Positions 8,005-17,011 of a stretch of 64,000 nt of DNA are shown in pieces. The stretch is from Bdellovibrionales bacterium (GTDB lineage Bacteria > Bdellovibrionota > Bdellovibrionia > Bdellovibrionales > JAUICD01). How positions within the stretch are numbered: position 1 is the stretch's first letter; the number at the start of each line of letters is the position of its first letter. The translations under genes and the position numbers were made by a program. The stretch lies in the NCBI GenBank assembly GCA_965203875.1, contig OZ241914.1, forward strand, positions 553,145-617,144, in the 5' to 3' direction. The notes below the pieces were generated by a model. The model worked only from the letters and a program-made list of their open reading frames with translations, had not been told where the DNA came from and searched no databases.

Positions 8005-9110
8005 TTACTGCATGCTGGAGTGCCGCTGACGTTTGAGTTTACTCACTCTTTGCTTAGAAACTCCAACTAATTTAGCAATATCAGACACGCTCACCTTATT
8101 TTTTAACATGTTTAGTATTACTTGTGTCAGACCCCGCTCTATACCCTGCTCTGCTGCTTCTTCAGCCAGCTCTTCTGCATAAGATTTATATTTCATCATA
8201 ACACGTTTCTCCTTGGACACACATTTGCTTTCTAACTTAGCTACTTCATCGTAAACAGCACTGTCATACAATCTAGCACTAGCACTGCATAACAACTCCA
8301 TACCTTCTTTGTACTTACTCAAACTTAACAGCTTACCAGCACGAGTAAACAGCTCTTTCAGCTCAGCTTTTATGCTGTTTTGCTAGTATTGTATAGTACA
8401 CCTTGAACGTTGGGCAACTTTTTCAATAAGTGTACACCTAGCTCCACTTTCGGCCTATAGCCTAATCGTTTCGCTAGTGTACGCTTATCGAAAACGAAGA
8501 TCTTGAATGCGACTGTCAATTTACCTATTAATCTGCAAACATCTAAATTGTGCAAATTTAACAACATATATTGAAAATTCAACACATGCTTTTCTAAAAA
8601 TGAATGCAGCCAACTAGGGTATTCTTTCAAACCCAACTGGTTATGAAATGATAAAGGAACATCCCAACTACGGCTCTTACCATGATACAAAACAACCGGT
8701 ATCACAACATAACCTTCCTTCTTATACTGCTTATATATAGAGGCCATATAAGATAATAGCTGGTAATGTACGTACTTATCTTTACTACTTTTGTGCTCAA
8801 TCAACACAAACACTCTTATTTTAACTTCTTGTAACAACAAACGAAAACACCATGTCTGCTATCGTTTCACCTGACGTGCCTACAAACGTACCAGATTCTA
8901 TTTTGAGACTTTTTTTATTCATCTTTGCAAGAATAGAACTAGGCAAGATTAAGCTCAATAATTCTAAAGCATACTTAGGACTACTCAGAAAAACATCCTA
9001 ACTATCTGATCACTTCTTTTAGTTGATTCTCTTTTTTTAGCTTTATGCTTAACGATAGGTTTGGTTACTTTTGACTTCTTGGTTTTATTTTTTGTCAGTT
9101 TCTTTTTCAT
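8005..9110 (-). pseudogene. Decayed Rpn/YhgA-like (PD-(D/E)XK, transposase_31-type) recombination-promoting nuclease gene
   Basis: Three frame fragments on the minus strand reconstruct one protein. (1) ATG at 9110: MKKKLTKNK...RSDQIVR, then a frameshift. (2) DVFLSSPKYALELLSLILPSSILAKMNKKSLKIESGTFVGTSGETIADMVFSF, then a stop near 8822. (3) VKIRVFVLIEHKSS...VIPVVLYHGKS (the hhhhEHxS core typical of the family), which runs into a repeat unit at 8504-8382. After the repeat comes KAELKELF...AEQGIERGLTQVILNMLKNKVSVSDIAKLVGVSKQRVSKL (typical C-terminal HTH-like tail). Confidence 0.6.
8382..8504 (-). repeat. Hairpin-repeat unit (L-hairpin-R) located inside the Rpn-like coding sequence
   Basis: Minus-strand reading: caagatcttcgttttcgataagcgtacactagcgaaacgattaggctataggccgaaagtggagctaggtgtacacttattgaaaaagttgcccaacgttcaaggtgtactatacaatactagc. 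The tail of ORF 8370..8840 (AKRLGYRPKVELGVHLLKKLPNVQGVLYNTSKTA) is a translation of the repeat. Confidence 0.85.
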
Positions 9111-9275
9111 AAGACTAATCATCCCAACATAACATCACTGATACTTACAAGATAAAAACACTGTTAAAACACAACACTGATAGAAAATACATATGGTAAA
9201 ATATTCCCTGTATTTATTTGAGAAAAATTAACATTTGATGACAGTTTTTACATATAAAATGTTTTCACTATCTTA

Positions 9276-9457
9276 CTTATGACCTTAGGTCGGTCTGTTT
9301 CGCTACGTGTGTTATTAACAAAGAAAACCTTGAGCTGATTCTTTTGTAGTTTACCTTGAACGTTGCACAACTTTTTTAATAAATGCACCCTGGCTTCACT
9401 TTCGGCCTTTGGCCTAATCGTTCCACCAGTGCACATTTATTAAAAACGAAGGGCCTT
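9276..9457 (-). repeat. One full hairpin-repeat unit (9332-9457) followed by a half unit (9276-9331)
   Basis: 9332-9457 is the reverse complement of ...taaggcccttcgtttttaataaatgtgcactggtggaacgattaggccaaaggccgaaagtgaagccagggtgcatttattaaaaaagttgtgcaacgttcaaggtaaactacaaaagaatcagctc. 9276-9331 matches the L-module plus the left half of the hairpin (aaggttttctttgttaataacacacgtagcgaaacagaccgacctaaggtca). Confidence 0.85.
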
Positions 9458-9530
9458 ATTCTAAAGTTCTTGGGCATCCTGGTCGATCTAAACCTACATA
9501 CAGCAACAAAAAACCAGAAAAGTAGGCCCC

Positions 9531-10031
9531 TTGGACACCACACAACAAAACAATATCGATCAAATAACAGAGTTTATTAAAAAATTCGATATAAAGCTAA
9601 AAACAGAAATTTCCGATAAGGGGAACCTAACAATAACACAAACCCTAGACAGTAAATCCATAGTAATAAAAAAAGATGAAATAAAAGACTTACTACAAAG
9701 AAACGACTCCAACGGACAATTCTTCATGCAAGTCAACTTCGAAAGCGGAAAAAGAATCCTACTAACCGATCTACTAATAGGTTTCGAACCCCACCCCATT
9801 GAAGGCCTAGAACCAAACATGCTACCAAAAGTTGTAACTACACAAGACCTACACAACGTGTTCGAAGCACTAGAAAACGTAGTATCAGATGAAACAACAT
9901 CAAAAAACGAAATATCAGCCTTAAAAAAAATATTCGATTCCATCATACAAGGCGGTGAAGCCATAGGGTTTAATTTAAAATCAGAAAAGTGCTGGCCACA
10001 CGGACTGGCATACACAAAAGCTTCAGCCTAA
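9531..10031 (+). CDS. Hypothetical protein (atypical A+C-rich coding strand, TTG start)
   Basis: 166-aa ORF with a protein-like sequence (…FFMQVNFESGKRILLTDLLIGFEPHPIEGLEPNMLPKVVTTQDL…). I recognise no family. Its 3' end converges on pilQ. The equally long antisense ORF is Ser/Cys/Phe-rich and looks spurious. Confidence 0.4.
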   Translation: MDTTQQNNIDQITEFIKKFDIKLKTEISDKGNLTITQTLDSKSIVIKKDEIKDLLQRNDSNGQFFMQVNFESGKRILLTDLLIGFEPHPIEGLEPNMLPKVVTTQDLHNVFEALENVVSDETTSKNEISALKKIFDSIIQGGEAIGFNLKSEKCWPHGLAYTKASA

Positions 10032-12238
10032 ATATCATCAAACTCTTCACTAAAATCTTCATCAGCAGCAACATCCTCTTCATCATCTTCCAACTGACTC
10101 AAATTCATACCAATAGCAGCACCTCTGTTTATAATGGTAGGAGTTAAAAAAATCATAAGCTCATTCTTACCACTAGATGTGGTACTATTTTTAAACAAGT
10201 TACCCAATAAAGGAAGCCTTCTAAGAAAAGGTACTCCTGATTCACTTACATCCCTGTCACTAGTATAAACACCGCCTATCACAGTAGTATCCCCATGTTT
10301 TACAAATACATCCGTTGAAATATCCCTTGAATATTCAGTGTCATCCGAACCAGAAGCATACTTTCTTTGCATTGCAACTTTCATGGTAACACCATCAGCA
10401 GAAATAATGGGTGTTACATCTAAACTGAGAGGCAAATCCCGGTACTCACGAGTCTGGGTAGTGGAGTTAATTTCATTGTTGACAGTCTCGTTAATTTTTA
10501 CACGTGTCTCGGTTTGACTTATTTTTGCAGCCTTATTATTTAAAGTTACAACTCTAGGAGAAGCCAATATCCTAGCCACACTTTTAGTCTCAAGAAAATT
10601 GAGCCTGGCCGTGAGATCACCAATGGATATGGCGGGCATATTAGAAATCGTCAGGCCTAAAGAGGCAGTACCTCCACCACTAAACGGCAAAGATATGCTA
10701 GGATCAGCATCTTCGTCAACTGTTTCTATCTGCATACCAAAAGATTTAGCAAATGATTCACTGGCTTCAATTATTTTTCCTTCTATTAAAACCTGTAAAG
10801 CAGGTCTATCTATTTTATCTTTTACAAGTTTTCTTATCTGAGCTATTTTCTTCACTGAATCTTTAACCAATAAAGAATTATTGTCCTTTAAAACATGAAT
10901 TGTGCCCTTATCAGTTAAAACTTTCAGACCGTTTATTGCTGCTACAACATCATCCGCTTTGGAGTTGTATATGGGTATAACATCGTTTTCCACAGGTCCT
11001 AGATCTTCGATCTGTCTTTCAGCTTCAGCCTGTTGCTTTTGAGCTTCTGCTTGCTGTTTTTTAAAATTGGCTTGAGCCTGCACAGCACTTTGCATGTCAG
11101 CCAACGGTCTAATTATAATCACTTCACCTTGTCTAGTGTAACCTAAACCATTTGATTTCATTAATATACTAAGTGCCTGATCCCAAGGTACATTCCTAAG
11201 CTTGAAAGTTACCGTTTGATTAGGGATATTGGACATGAGTATATTAGCACCACTTTCTTCTATGATAAGTCTAATGGCATCCACGATAGGAGAATTACGC
11301 AGCTCTATAGAAATCAAATGTCCATAAAATTTATCAGGAGATCCATCAGTCTCATCGGTTCTCAAAGCACGGTCATCAAAGTTTTCTTGCTCTTGGGTGT
11401 CTTGCTGAACACTTTCTTCTACAAAATTGTCACTAGACGTTTCTTCGTAACTAGCATTTGAACCTTGTGCAGCAATTCGTATACTATTTCCAGACTGAGT
11501 AATATTGGGTTCTATATCTTCTCTTAACTGTATGACAAATCTAGCAACAGAAGATCCTTCACCTTGGTACCCTTGAAAAAAGCCTATGTTACTAGAAAAC
11601 TCCTTAGTGTCATAAGGTCTTTTAAATCTGTCAGGTAATCTAGCATTGGAAATTTCAACAACAACTTGTTTTCCACTGTTTGTTCTTCTGGTGCTATACT
11701 CCACACTATCACTGGCTGTTATTATTATGGTTCCACCGTCTTCATTACCGTTAAATTCAACATTAATTATATCGACCGTGTCGGAACTAGAAAATGCTCC
11801 AGCATCACTCAAGTTTGATTCCGTTTCACTTACACTAAAATCGTCCTCGGATTCTTCAAACTCTTCTTCTATTTCATCTTCTATACCTTCTGACTCTGCT
11901 TCAATCTCAACTCCATCTGTCTCTTCTTCGACTTCTGTTTCAACTTCTGCTTCTTCTAAAACTTCCTCCTCATTAGAAATTTCACTTTCATTAGAAGTAT
12001 CTTCACTAGAAGATTCATCTTCTGAGCCTACTTGTTCTAATGCTGCTTCTATTTCATCTAATTCAGAATCAGCTGCGGTTGCTTCTTCTTCATCTTCCGA
12101 TAATTCATCTGCAAAATCTTGCTCATCAGGGTTATCAAATTCTACGTCGCTAGACGTAACAGTATCTTCCTGGGCTAGAGATCGTTTGCCTATGTCAAAG
12201 ATCAAAAATATAAACAGTAAAGTTAGTAATAATCTCAT
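10028..12238 (-). CDS. pilQ: Type IV pilus secretin PilQ
   Basis: 736 aa. It has a C-terminal secretin domain (…SPRVVTLNNKAAKISQ…VIGGVYTSDRDVSESGVPFLRRLPLLGNLFKNSTTSSGKNELMIFLTPTII), an AMIN-like region and an N-terminal signal. It lies last in the pilMNOPQ order. Confidence 0.9.
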   Translation of the reverse strand: MRLLLTLLFIFLIFDIGKRSLAQEDTVTSSDVEFDNPDEQDFADELSEDEEEATAADSELDEIEAALEQVGSEDESSSEDTSNESEISNEEEVLEEAEVETEVEEETDGVEIEAESEGIEDEIEEEFEESEDDFSVSETESNLSDAGAFSSSDTVDIINVEFNGNEDGGTIIITASDSVEYSTRRTNSGKQVVVEISNARLPDRFKRPYDTKEFSSNIGFFQGYQGEGSSVARFVIQLREDIEPNITQSGNSIRIAAQGSNASYEETSSDNFVEESVQQDTQEQENFDDRALRTDETDGSPDKFYGHLISIELRNSPIVDAIRLIIEESGANILMSNIPNQTVTFKLRNVPWDQALSILMKSNGLGYTRQGEVIIIRPLADMQSAVQAQANFKKQQAEAQKQQAEAERQIEDLGPVENDVIPIYNSKADDVVAAINGLKVLTDKGTIHVLKDNNSLLVKDSVKKIAQIRKLVKDKIDRPALQVLIEGKIIEASESFAKSFGMQIETVDEDADPSISLPFSGGGTASLGLTISNMPAISIGDLTARLNFLETKSVARILASPRVVTLNNKAAKISQTETRVKINETVNNEINSTTQTREYRDLPLSLDVTPIISADGVTMKVAMQRKYASGSDDTEYSRDISTDVFVKHGDTTVIGGVYTSDRDVSESGVPFLRRLPLLGNLFKNSTTSSGKNELMIFLTPTIINRGAAIGMNLSQLEDDEEDVAADEDFSEEFDDI

Positions 12239-13083
12239 TGTTTTCCCATTTTATCGATAGTATCTATTTTCAAAAGTTCTGTTTCATATGCACGTCTTCC
12301 TGTCGTAGAAGGTTTGCTGGTTGCAGTCTCTTCTTGTTTTGCTACCTTATCTGAGACATCGCTTTCAAGTCTCAAAATTTCGGTTTCGTATGAATGCCCT
12401 ACTTTCATAGAAGGTTCAATAACTACAACTTCTCCTTCTCTAATAGCGGCTATATATCCTTTATTGACTCCTATTCTTTCATTTTTTCTAGCTATGTAAG
12501 AAGAACCGTTTGGATCTAAAAATACCGCTCTAGGAGCAGCCGTGCGCCACAAAATTCCAGTCAACCTTAACTTTTCTATAGGAAAGCTTTCTAAAGGCAT
12601 TTTTGGATCCAAAAATTCTGTCACAATCTCTGTAACATTAGCAGGTGATCTTTGTGCAAAGGCTCTAGTAAAAGGATCTCTATTCAGATTCTCTTCTCTT
12701 ATTTTATAATTCAAAACTATTCCTTCAGCTCCAAATCCAACACCAGAAGGAATACCATCTTCAACCTCTGGAGATGGTGGTTCATCAGAACTACTTACCG
12801 TGGATGCATCCAAATCAGCTCCATTACTTACATCAGAATCAGGTGCATCGGAATCAGGCTCACTAACTATTTGAGTAGTAGAGGTAACAGAGGGAGTAGC
12901 ATCATCAGGATTTGAGTCAGGTGCAGGCGGAGGAGTACTCACAATCTCGGGATCAGAGTTAGGGGCAGGTGGAGGAGTATTCACAATTTCAGGATCAGAG
13001 CTAGTTTCAGTAACAGGAGGAGGGCTTGCCTCTTGAGCATTTACAATAACCGGAAAAATAATGAAAAATAAATACCTAATCAT
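12235..13083 (-). CDS. pilP: Pilus assembly protein PilP (with a Pro-rich tandem-repeat linker)
   Basis: It sits between pilO and pilQ with 4-bp overlaps. The C-terminal LESFPIEKLRLTGILWRTAAPRAVFLDPNGSSYIARKNERIGVNKGYIAAIREGEVVVIE fits the PilP beta-domain pattern. The N-terminal part carries the SDPEIV[NS]TPPPAP[ND] x2 repeat. Confidence 0.75.
   Translation of the reverse strand: MIRYLFFIIFPVIVNAQEASPPPVTETSSDPEIVNTPPPAPNSDPEIVSTPPPAPDSNPDDATPSVTSTTQIVSEPDSDAPDSDVSNGADLDASTVSSSDEPPSPEVEDGIPSGVGFGAEGIVLNYKIREENLNRDPFTRAFAQRSPANVTEIVTEFLDPKMPLESFPIEKLRLTGILWRTAAPRAVFLDPNGSSYIARKNERIGVNKGYIAAIREGEVVVIEPSMKVGHSYETEILRLESDVSDKVAKQEETATSKPSTTGRRAYETELLKIDTIDKMGKQ
12916..12999 (-). repeat. Two imperfect 42-bp in-frame tandem repeats within pilP
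   Basis: Plus strand: gtcaggtgcaggcggaggagtactcacaatctcgggatcaga / gttaggggcaggtggaggagtattcacaatttcaggatcaga. They encode SDPEIVNTPPPAPN and SDPEIVSTPPPAPD. Confidence 0.85.
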
Positions 13084-13715
13084 GTTGTCTTAGAACCGCC
13101 TTCGTCATTATTCTCAGCCAAAGATTTATAACCCTTTAACAATAGCTCAGCTCTCAGGTTATCAGTTCCTGGTAGCTTGACAAGATTCAAGCTTTCCAAC
13201 ACTATTAAGTTGTTGTGATTGGAAATAACGTTAATAAAAGATACCAAATTAGCGTGACTACCTTCTAAGACAAATTGTATTGGCAAGGTTTCATAAAATT
13301 CATGAGTGGTAACTTTATCTCTAGCAGGTACCCTAGAGATTTCTCTAATAGAAAATCTACTTAACTGGCTTTTAACAGTGCCGCCTAAATTGATAAAACT
13401 CTGTGTTCTAGGATAATATGACTCCAATTCACCTAGTGTAACTTTCTTATCATCCAAATATCTTTTCACTTCTTGTTCTTTACCAGCTTCACTCTGTTTA
13501 GCAGACATTTGTTCTTCAACGGCTACTATCTGTTCGTTTATAGATGTAATTTGTGTTTTAATTTCGTCATTGGAATAGACACCAAAGTAAAAATATAAAG
13601 CAGCAATTAACAAGCCAATGGCATTTGCATTCAAGTATGAAAGATCATTAATTCTGTGCATATTGTCTCCCAGATATTTTTGCTGAAATATCAAATTGTA
13701 TTGCATCAGAACCAA
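13080..13715 (-). CDS. pilO: Pilus assembly protein PilO
   Basis: It has a single TM (AIGLLIAALYFYFGVY), a coiled coil and a C-terminal domain, and lies between pilN and pilP. The likely true start is Met at 13661 (MHRINDL…). Confidence 0.7.
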   Translation of the reverse strand: MVLMQYNLIFQQKYLGDNMHRINDLSYLNANAIGLLIAALYFYFGVYSNDEIKTQITSINEQIVAVEEQMSAKQSEAGKEQEVKRYLDDKKVTLGELESYYPRTQSFINLGGTVKSQLSRFSIREISRVPARDKVTTHEFYETLPIQFVLEGSHANLVSFINVISNHNNLIVLESLNLVKLPGTDNLRAELLLKGYKSLAENNDEGGSKTT

Positions 13716-14247
13716 TACTCTCTCTGTCTAACAAAACTTGATCTTGATCAAAAGTAGAATCAGATCCAAGTTGACTAACAAACTGTTTTATAGCATCGCT
13801 AGATGCCGACAAACCTGATATTTTTAAGCTACCAGTGTTGTTATCCACGTTTAAGTTTTTTAAAAAAACCTGTTCAGGTATATTTACCCTCACAGCATCA
13901 ATGGCTCTCAGAGGTGATATTCTCAGTTCAAAAATTTCTTTTATCTTTTGAAGCTGTAAATCTATTTTTTGGCTCTCTTCACTCATGCCACTAATCATTT
14001 TTAGTTTATTTTCAATTTCTAATGCTTCATTGTTCTTTGAATCCAGGGTAGCTTGTCGCTCATCTCTATTCACAGTTTCAATTACGGAATACACTTTGCC
14101 AGCCCCAACACAAATAACAAGCCAAATCAATATGCAGAACATTTTCTTAATAGCGTCCGACATATCAACGCCAGAAACGTACTTCTTAACTGCATCACTC
14201 TTTGAAGCAGCGTCATCTAAATCTTTAAGCAAATTAACTTCAATCAT
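13648..14247 (-). CDS. pilN: Pilus assembly protein PilN
   Basis: N-terminal MIEVNLL (the conserved PilN INLLP-like motif), a single TM (MFCILIWLVICVGAG) and a coiled coil. It follows pilM. Confidence 0.75.
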   Translation of the reverse strand: MIEVNLLKDLDDAASKSDAVKKYVSGVDMSDAIKKMFCILIWLVICVGAGKVYSVIETVNRDERQATLDSKNNEALEIENKLKMISGMSEESQKIDLQLQKIKEIFELRISPLRAIDAVRVNIPEQVFLKNLNVDNNTGSLKISGLSASSDAIKQFVSQLGSDSTFDQDQVLLDRESIGSDAIQFDISAKISGRQYAQN

Positions 14248-14271
14248 AAGCTAACCTTTTTATCCATAAAA

Positions 14272-15300
14272 TTACCTCAACGACAGGCCCAATGAAACAC
14301 CAGCATATGGTTTGAATTCATCTATCTGTTCTTCACTAAAAGTTTTTTTATCATAAACAATTCGTCTAAAAGGATCAAAGAACTCTACTTCAAAACTTGC
14401 ATCAAAAGCTTTTATTACATACTCTTTTAGTCCATGTACCAGGGAGCTTCCTCCAGTAAGATATAACTTTGAAATAGCTGCATCTTTTTGAGACTGACAA
14501 TACTGATCAAAATAATTTGACAGTAATTCAACAAAGAAGTTATTTGATTCTTCAATCACCGGAAGAATTTCAGAGGCAATAGGTTGTGTCTTTTTTAAAC
14601 TCTCAACTTCACTAAGGGACATTCCATCACCAGACAAATGATTGTACATTGATGTAGTGTAATGGTGCCCACCAAAGTCAACATCTCTATAAAACGACAG
14701 CTCTCCACTTCTTAAAATAGCTAAAGCTGTGAATTGCTCACCAATATCTGCAATTGCTATAACTTCTCCATCTTGAGATTCGTAGTTGTATGTATAACAA
14801 TTTGCAAGTGCTCCTCCAACTATGTTCACTAGATCACATTTTAACCCCGCATTAGATATAGTTTCTACGTAACTTACAAGCATCTTCTTACTCACAGCGA
14901 ATAACATCATATATTCTTCATCTGATGTTTTAATCTTTTTGCACTGTAAATTGACTTCTTCTAAATCAAATGGAATGTGCACACTAGCCTCATCTCTGAT
15001 TATCTCTTTATCGTATATTCCATGACTAACTACTTTTCTTACAACAGTGTCAGGACCCCATGTACTAGTGTATACACTCTTTCGCTTAGACTTGGAAGTA
15101 GCTACAAGCTGTCTTATTATCGTACCTATTTCTTTAGTGTTCTCTATTGCTCCGTTCTTGATTTTACTCTTAGGAGTTTCTAGTTGTCCAAAAGATACAA
15201 GGCTCACTGAGTTTTTTTTAATGTTCCTGTCCAATTCACACATTTTGATAGTGTTGGTGCCTATGTCTATGCCTATGGGTTTAGAAAAAAGTGATTTCAT
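14272..15300 (-). CDS. pilM: Type IV pilus assembly ATPase-fold protein PilM
   Basis: Actin/FtsA-like fold signature (IGIDIGTNTIKMCEL…, …LYLTGGSSLVHGLKEY). It is first in the pilMNOPQ order. Confidence 0.85.
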   Translation of the reverse strand: MKSLFSKPIGIDIGTNTIKMCELDRNIKKNSVSLVSFGQLETPKSKIKNGAIENTKEIGTIIRQLVATSKSKRKSVYTSTWGPDTVVRKVVSHGIYDKEIIRDEASVHIPFDLEEVNLQCKKIKTSDEEYMMLFAVSKKMLVSYVETISNAGLKCDLVNIVGGALANCYTYNYESQDGEVIAIADIGEQFTALAILRSGELSFYRDVDFGGHHYTTSMYNHLSGDGMSLSEVESLKKTQPIASEILPVIEESNNFFVELLSNYFDQYCQSQKDAAISKLYLTGGSSLVHGLKEYVIKAFDASFEVEFFDPFRRIVYDKKTFSEEQIDEFKPYAGVSLGLSLR

Positions 15301-15471
15301 CTGTTTATCTCAAAAGTTCTTATCCAAAATCGCTTACACAGTTAGATTGACAGCCTCAGCGTATCATCAACCTAGATACTGAAACTCAACACTAGGAAGA
15401 GCGTAAGGCTACAACCACCCTTTAGTATTGGATAATATAACTAAAAAAATGTCAAATATATGGCATTGACC

Positions 15472-16281
15472 TTAGGGAAAAAATACTTCCCAGTACCAAG
15501 CAGTTATTTGTTTACCTACAAATAGGTACACGCAAGAGGCTAATGCTAAAAACGGACCAAATGGTAATACGGTTTTCATACCGCCTTTAGTCTTGAACAT
15601 GACTATTACGCCTATAAAAGTCCCCACGATGCTTGAAAACATAATTATAAAAGGTATACTCTGCCACCCCAAGACAGCACCAATCCATGCGAGCAATTTT
15701 ATGTCTCCACCACCAAGCCCATGCTCCTTTTTGATCATATGATACATAAACCCTGTGATCCAAAAAATTCCTCCACCTAGAACAATACCAAAAAAACTGT
15801 CCAAAATCATACGCTCAGGATTTATTAGTGCTCCTAAAACACCAATCAAAATTCCCGATATACTTAAAATATCTGGAATTAAAAAATGCTTAAGATCAAT
15901 TACAGAAATAGTTAAAAGTCCAAACACAAATATCAAATACTCTACACCTGTTATTGAAAGACCAGTTGTTAGATAGACTGCCAAAAACAATAATGCCATT
16001 AACAGTTCAACTATAGGATACATGGTAGATATTTTGCTTTTACAAAATCTACACTTTCCCTTGAGAAGAAGCCACGATATGACGGGAATGTTGTCTATGT
16101 TTAATATTTGTTTATCACAAGATCTGCATTTACTGCGTGGGATAACTATGTTCTCTTCCAAAGGCCATCTTACTATGATCACATTTGCAAAACTGCCAAA
16201 GATCGCTCCTAGTAATGGCATGACCACTAACAAGTAATCAAAATCAACCAATGTCTTTATCCTTGAACATAATAACTGCAA
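15472..16281 (-). CDS. pilD: Prepilin peptidase / N-methyltransferase PilD (A24 family)
   Basis: GSFANVIIVRWP, Cys pairs CRSCDKQI…CRFCKSKIS, multiple TMs and GGGDIKLLA (the A24 catalytic Asp motif). The track start is TTG at 16281; an alternative ATG lies at 16221. Confidence 0.9.
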   Translation of the reverse strand: MQLLCSRIKTLVDFDYLLVVMPLLGAIFGSFANVIIVRWPLEENIVIPRSKCRSCDKQILNIDNIPVISWLLLKGKCRFCKSKISTMYPIVELLMALLFLAVYLTTGLSITGVEYLIFVFGLLTISVIDLKHFLIPDILSISGILIGVLGALINPERMILDSFFGIVLGGGIFWITGFMYHMIKKEHGLGGGDIKLLAWIGAVLGWQSIPFIIMFSSIVGTFIGVIVMFKTKGGMKTVLPFGPFLALASCVYLFVGKQITAWYWEVFFP

Positions 16282-17011
16282 CGCTATTGAATATTAATAC
16301 CCAAGCAATACAGTAAAGAACAGAGAGTCCAAAATTAGATAAACTTAAAGTCTCTTCACTAAAAAGCAAGTTTTTCCAATCAAATCGACTAAAATTAGGG
16401 AATGTAAAACGAAGTATGTTTGCAAAATATTTGTAAAACTCCATGTCTGACTTGTTCATAAAAAATACTAGGCTAGACATAGATTTTCCAACCAAAAATA
16501 TCCCTATTGCTACTGGCACCGACAAATTGGGCCTAACCACAACTCCTAAAGCTATGGTTATGGCTACCAAAACAGCAGCCTCTTTGGCAAATCCGGATAT
16601 GACGTAAAAATAGTCAAAATTTAGCTGCCACCCCATAATCAAAAGCAAAGCCAGAAACAAAGCGGCTAACAAAAATAGAAGTACCAACACAAGCGACACT
16701 AATCCAACATACTTACCTATCAAAAATTGCCAACGATCGATAGGCTTAGTAAACAAAGTTAATACTGTACGCCTTTCTACTTCTCTAAACACAACTGTTG
16801 CACCTAAGAATATACTCAGTATCACAACACTAAGCTCTAAACCTGCCAAGCCTAAATCCATAGTAATTCTGGTTTTTTCTGTATAGCTTAACTGTGCTGA
16901 TATAAGGCTTAAAAACACCAATAGTACGGCAAATACCAGAATGCCGTACATGATTCTATCTCTGATAAGTTCCCTTATCGTGTTAGAAGCTATGATATAA
17001 ATTTCTTTCAA
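16244..17011 (-). CDS. ABC-2 type transporter permease (PilI-like position)
   Basis: 255-aa polytopic membrane protein that overlaps the ABC ATPase gene by 4 bp and lies immediately upstream of pilD. This matches the Myxococcus xanthus pilH-pilI-pilD arrangement (from memory of the literature). Confidence 0.65.
   Translation of the reverse strand: MKEIYIIASNTIRELIRDRIMYGILVFAVLLVFLSLISAQLSYTEKTRITMDLGLAGLELSVVILSIFLGATVVFREVERRTVLTLFTKPIDRWQFLIGKYVGLVSLVLVLLFLLAALFLALLLIMGWQLNFDYFYVISGFAKEAAVLVAITIALGVVVRPNLSVPVAIGIFLVGKSMSSLVFFMNKSDMEFYKYFANILRFTFPNFSRFDWKNLLFSEETLSLSNFGLSVLYCIAWVLIFNSVAVIMFKDKDIG

Noticed and set aside
9248-9580. ORFs 9248..9436 (-) and 9383..9580 (+)
   Set aside because: They are translations of repeat units. 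The same peptide (…HLLKKL[CP]NVQG…) appears wherever the repeat occurs (8370..8840 tail; MFTNVQG in 63500..63703). They are therefore repeat-derived rather than genes.
9560-10015. 151-aa minus-strand ORF opposite ORF 9531..10031
   Set aside because: Its Ser/Cys/Phe-rich composition is not protein-like. It stays open only because the plus strand is G/T-poor. The plus-strand ORF is preferred, though with low confidence.
11646-12260. 204-aa Ser-rich ORF on the plus strand
   Set aside because: It is the antisense of the acidic (GAA/GAT-rich) N-terminal region of pilQ. Its low-complexity Ser/Leu translation is typical of a shadow ORF.
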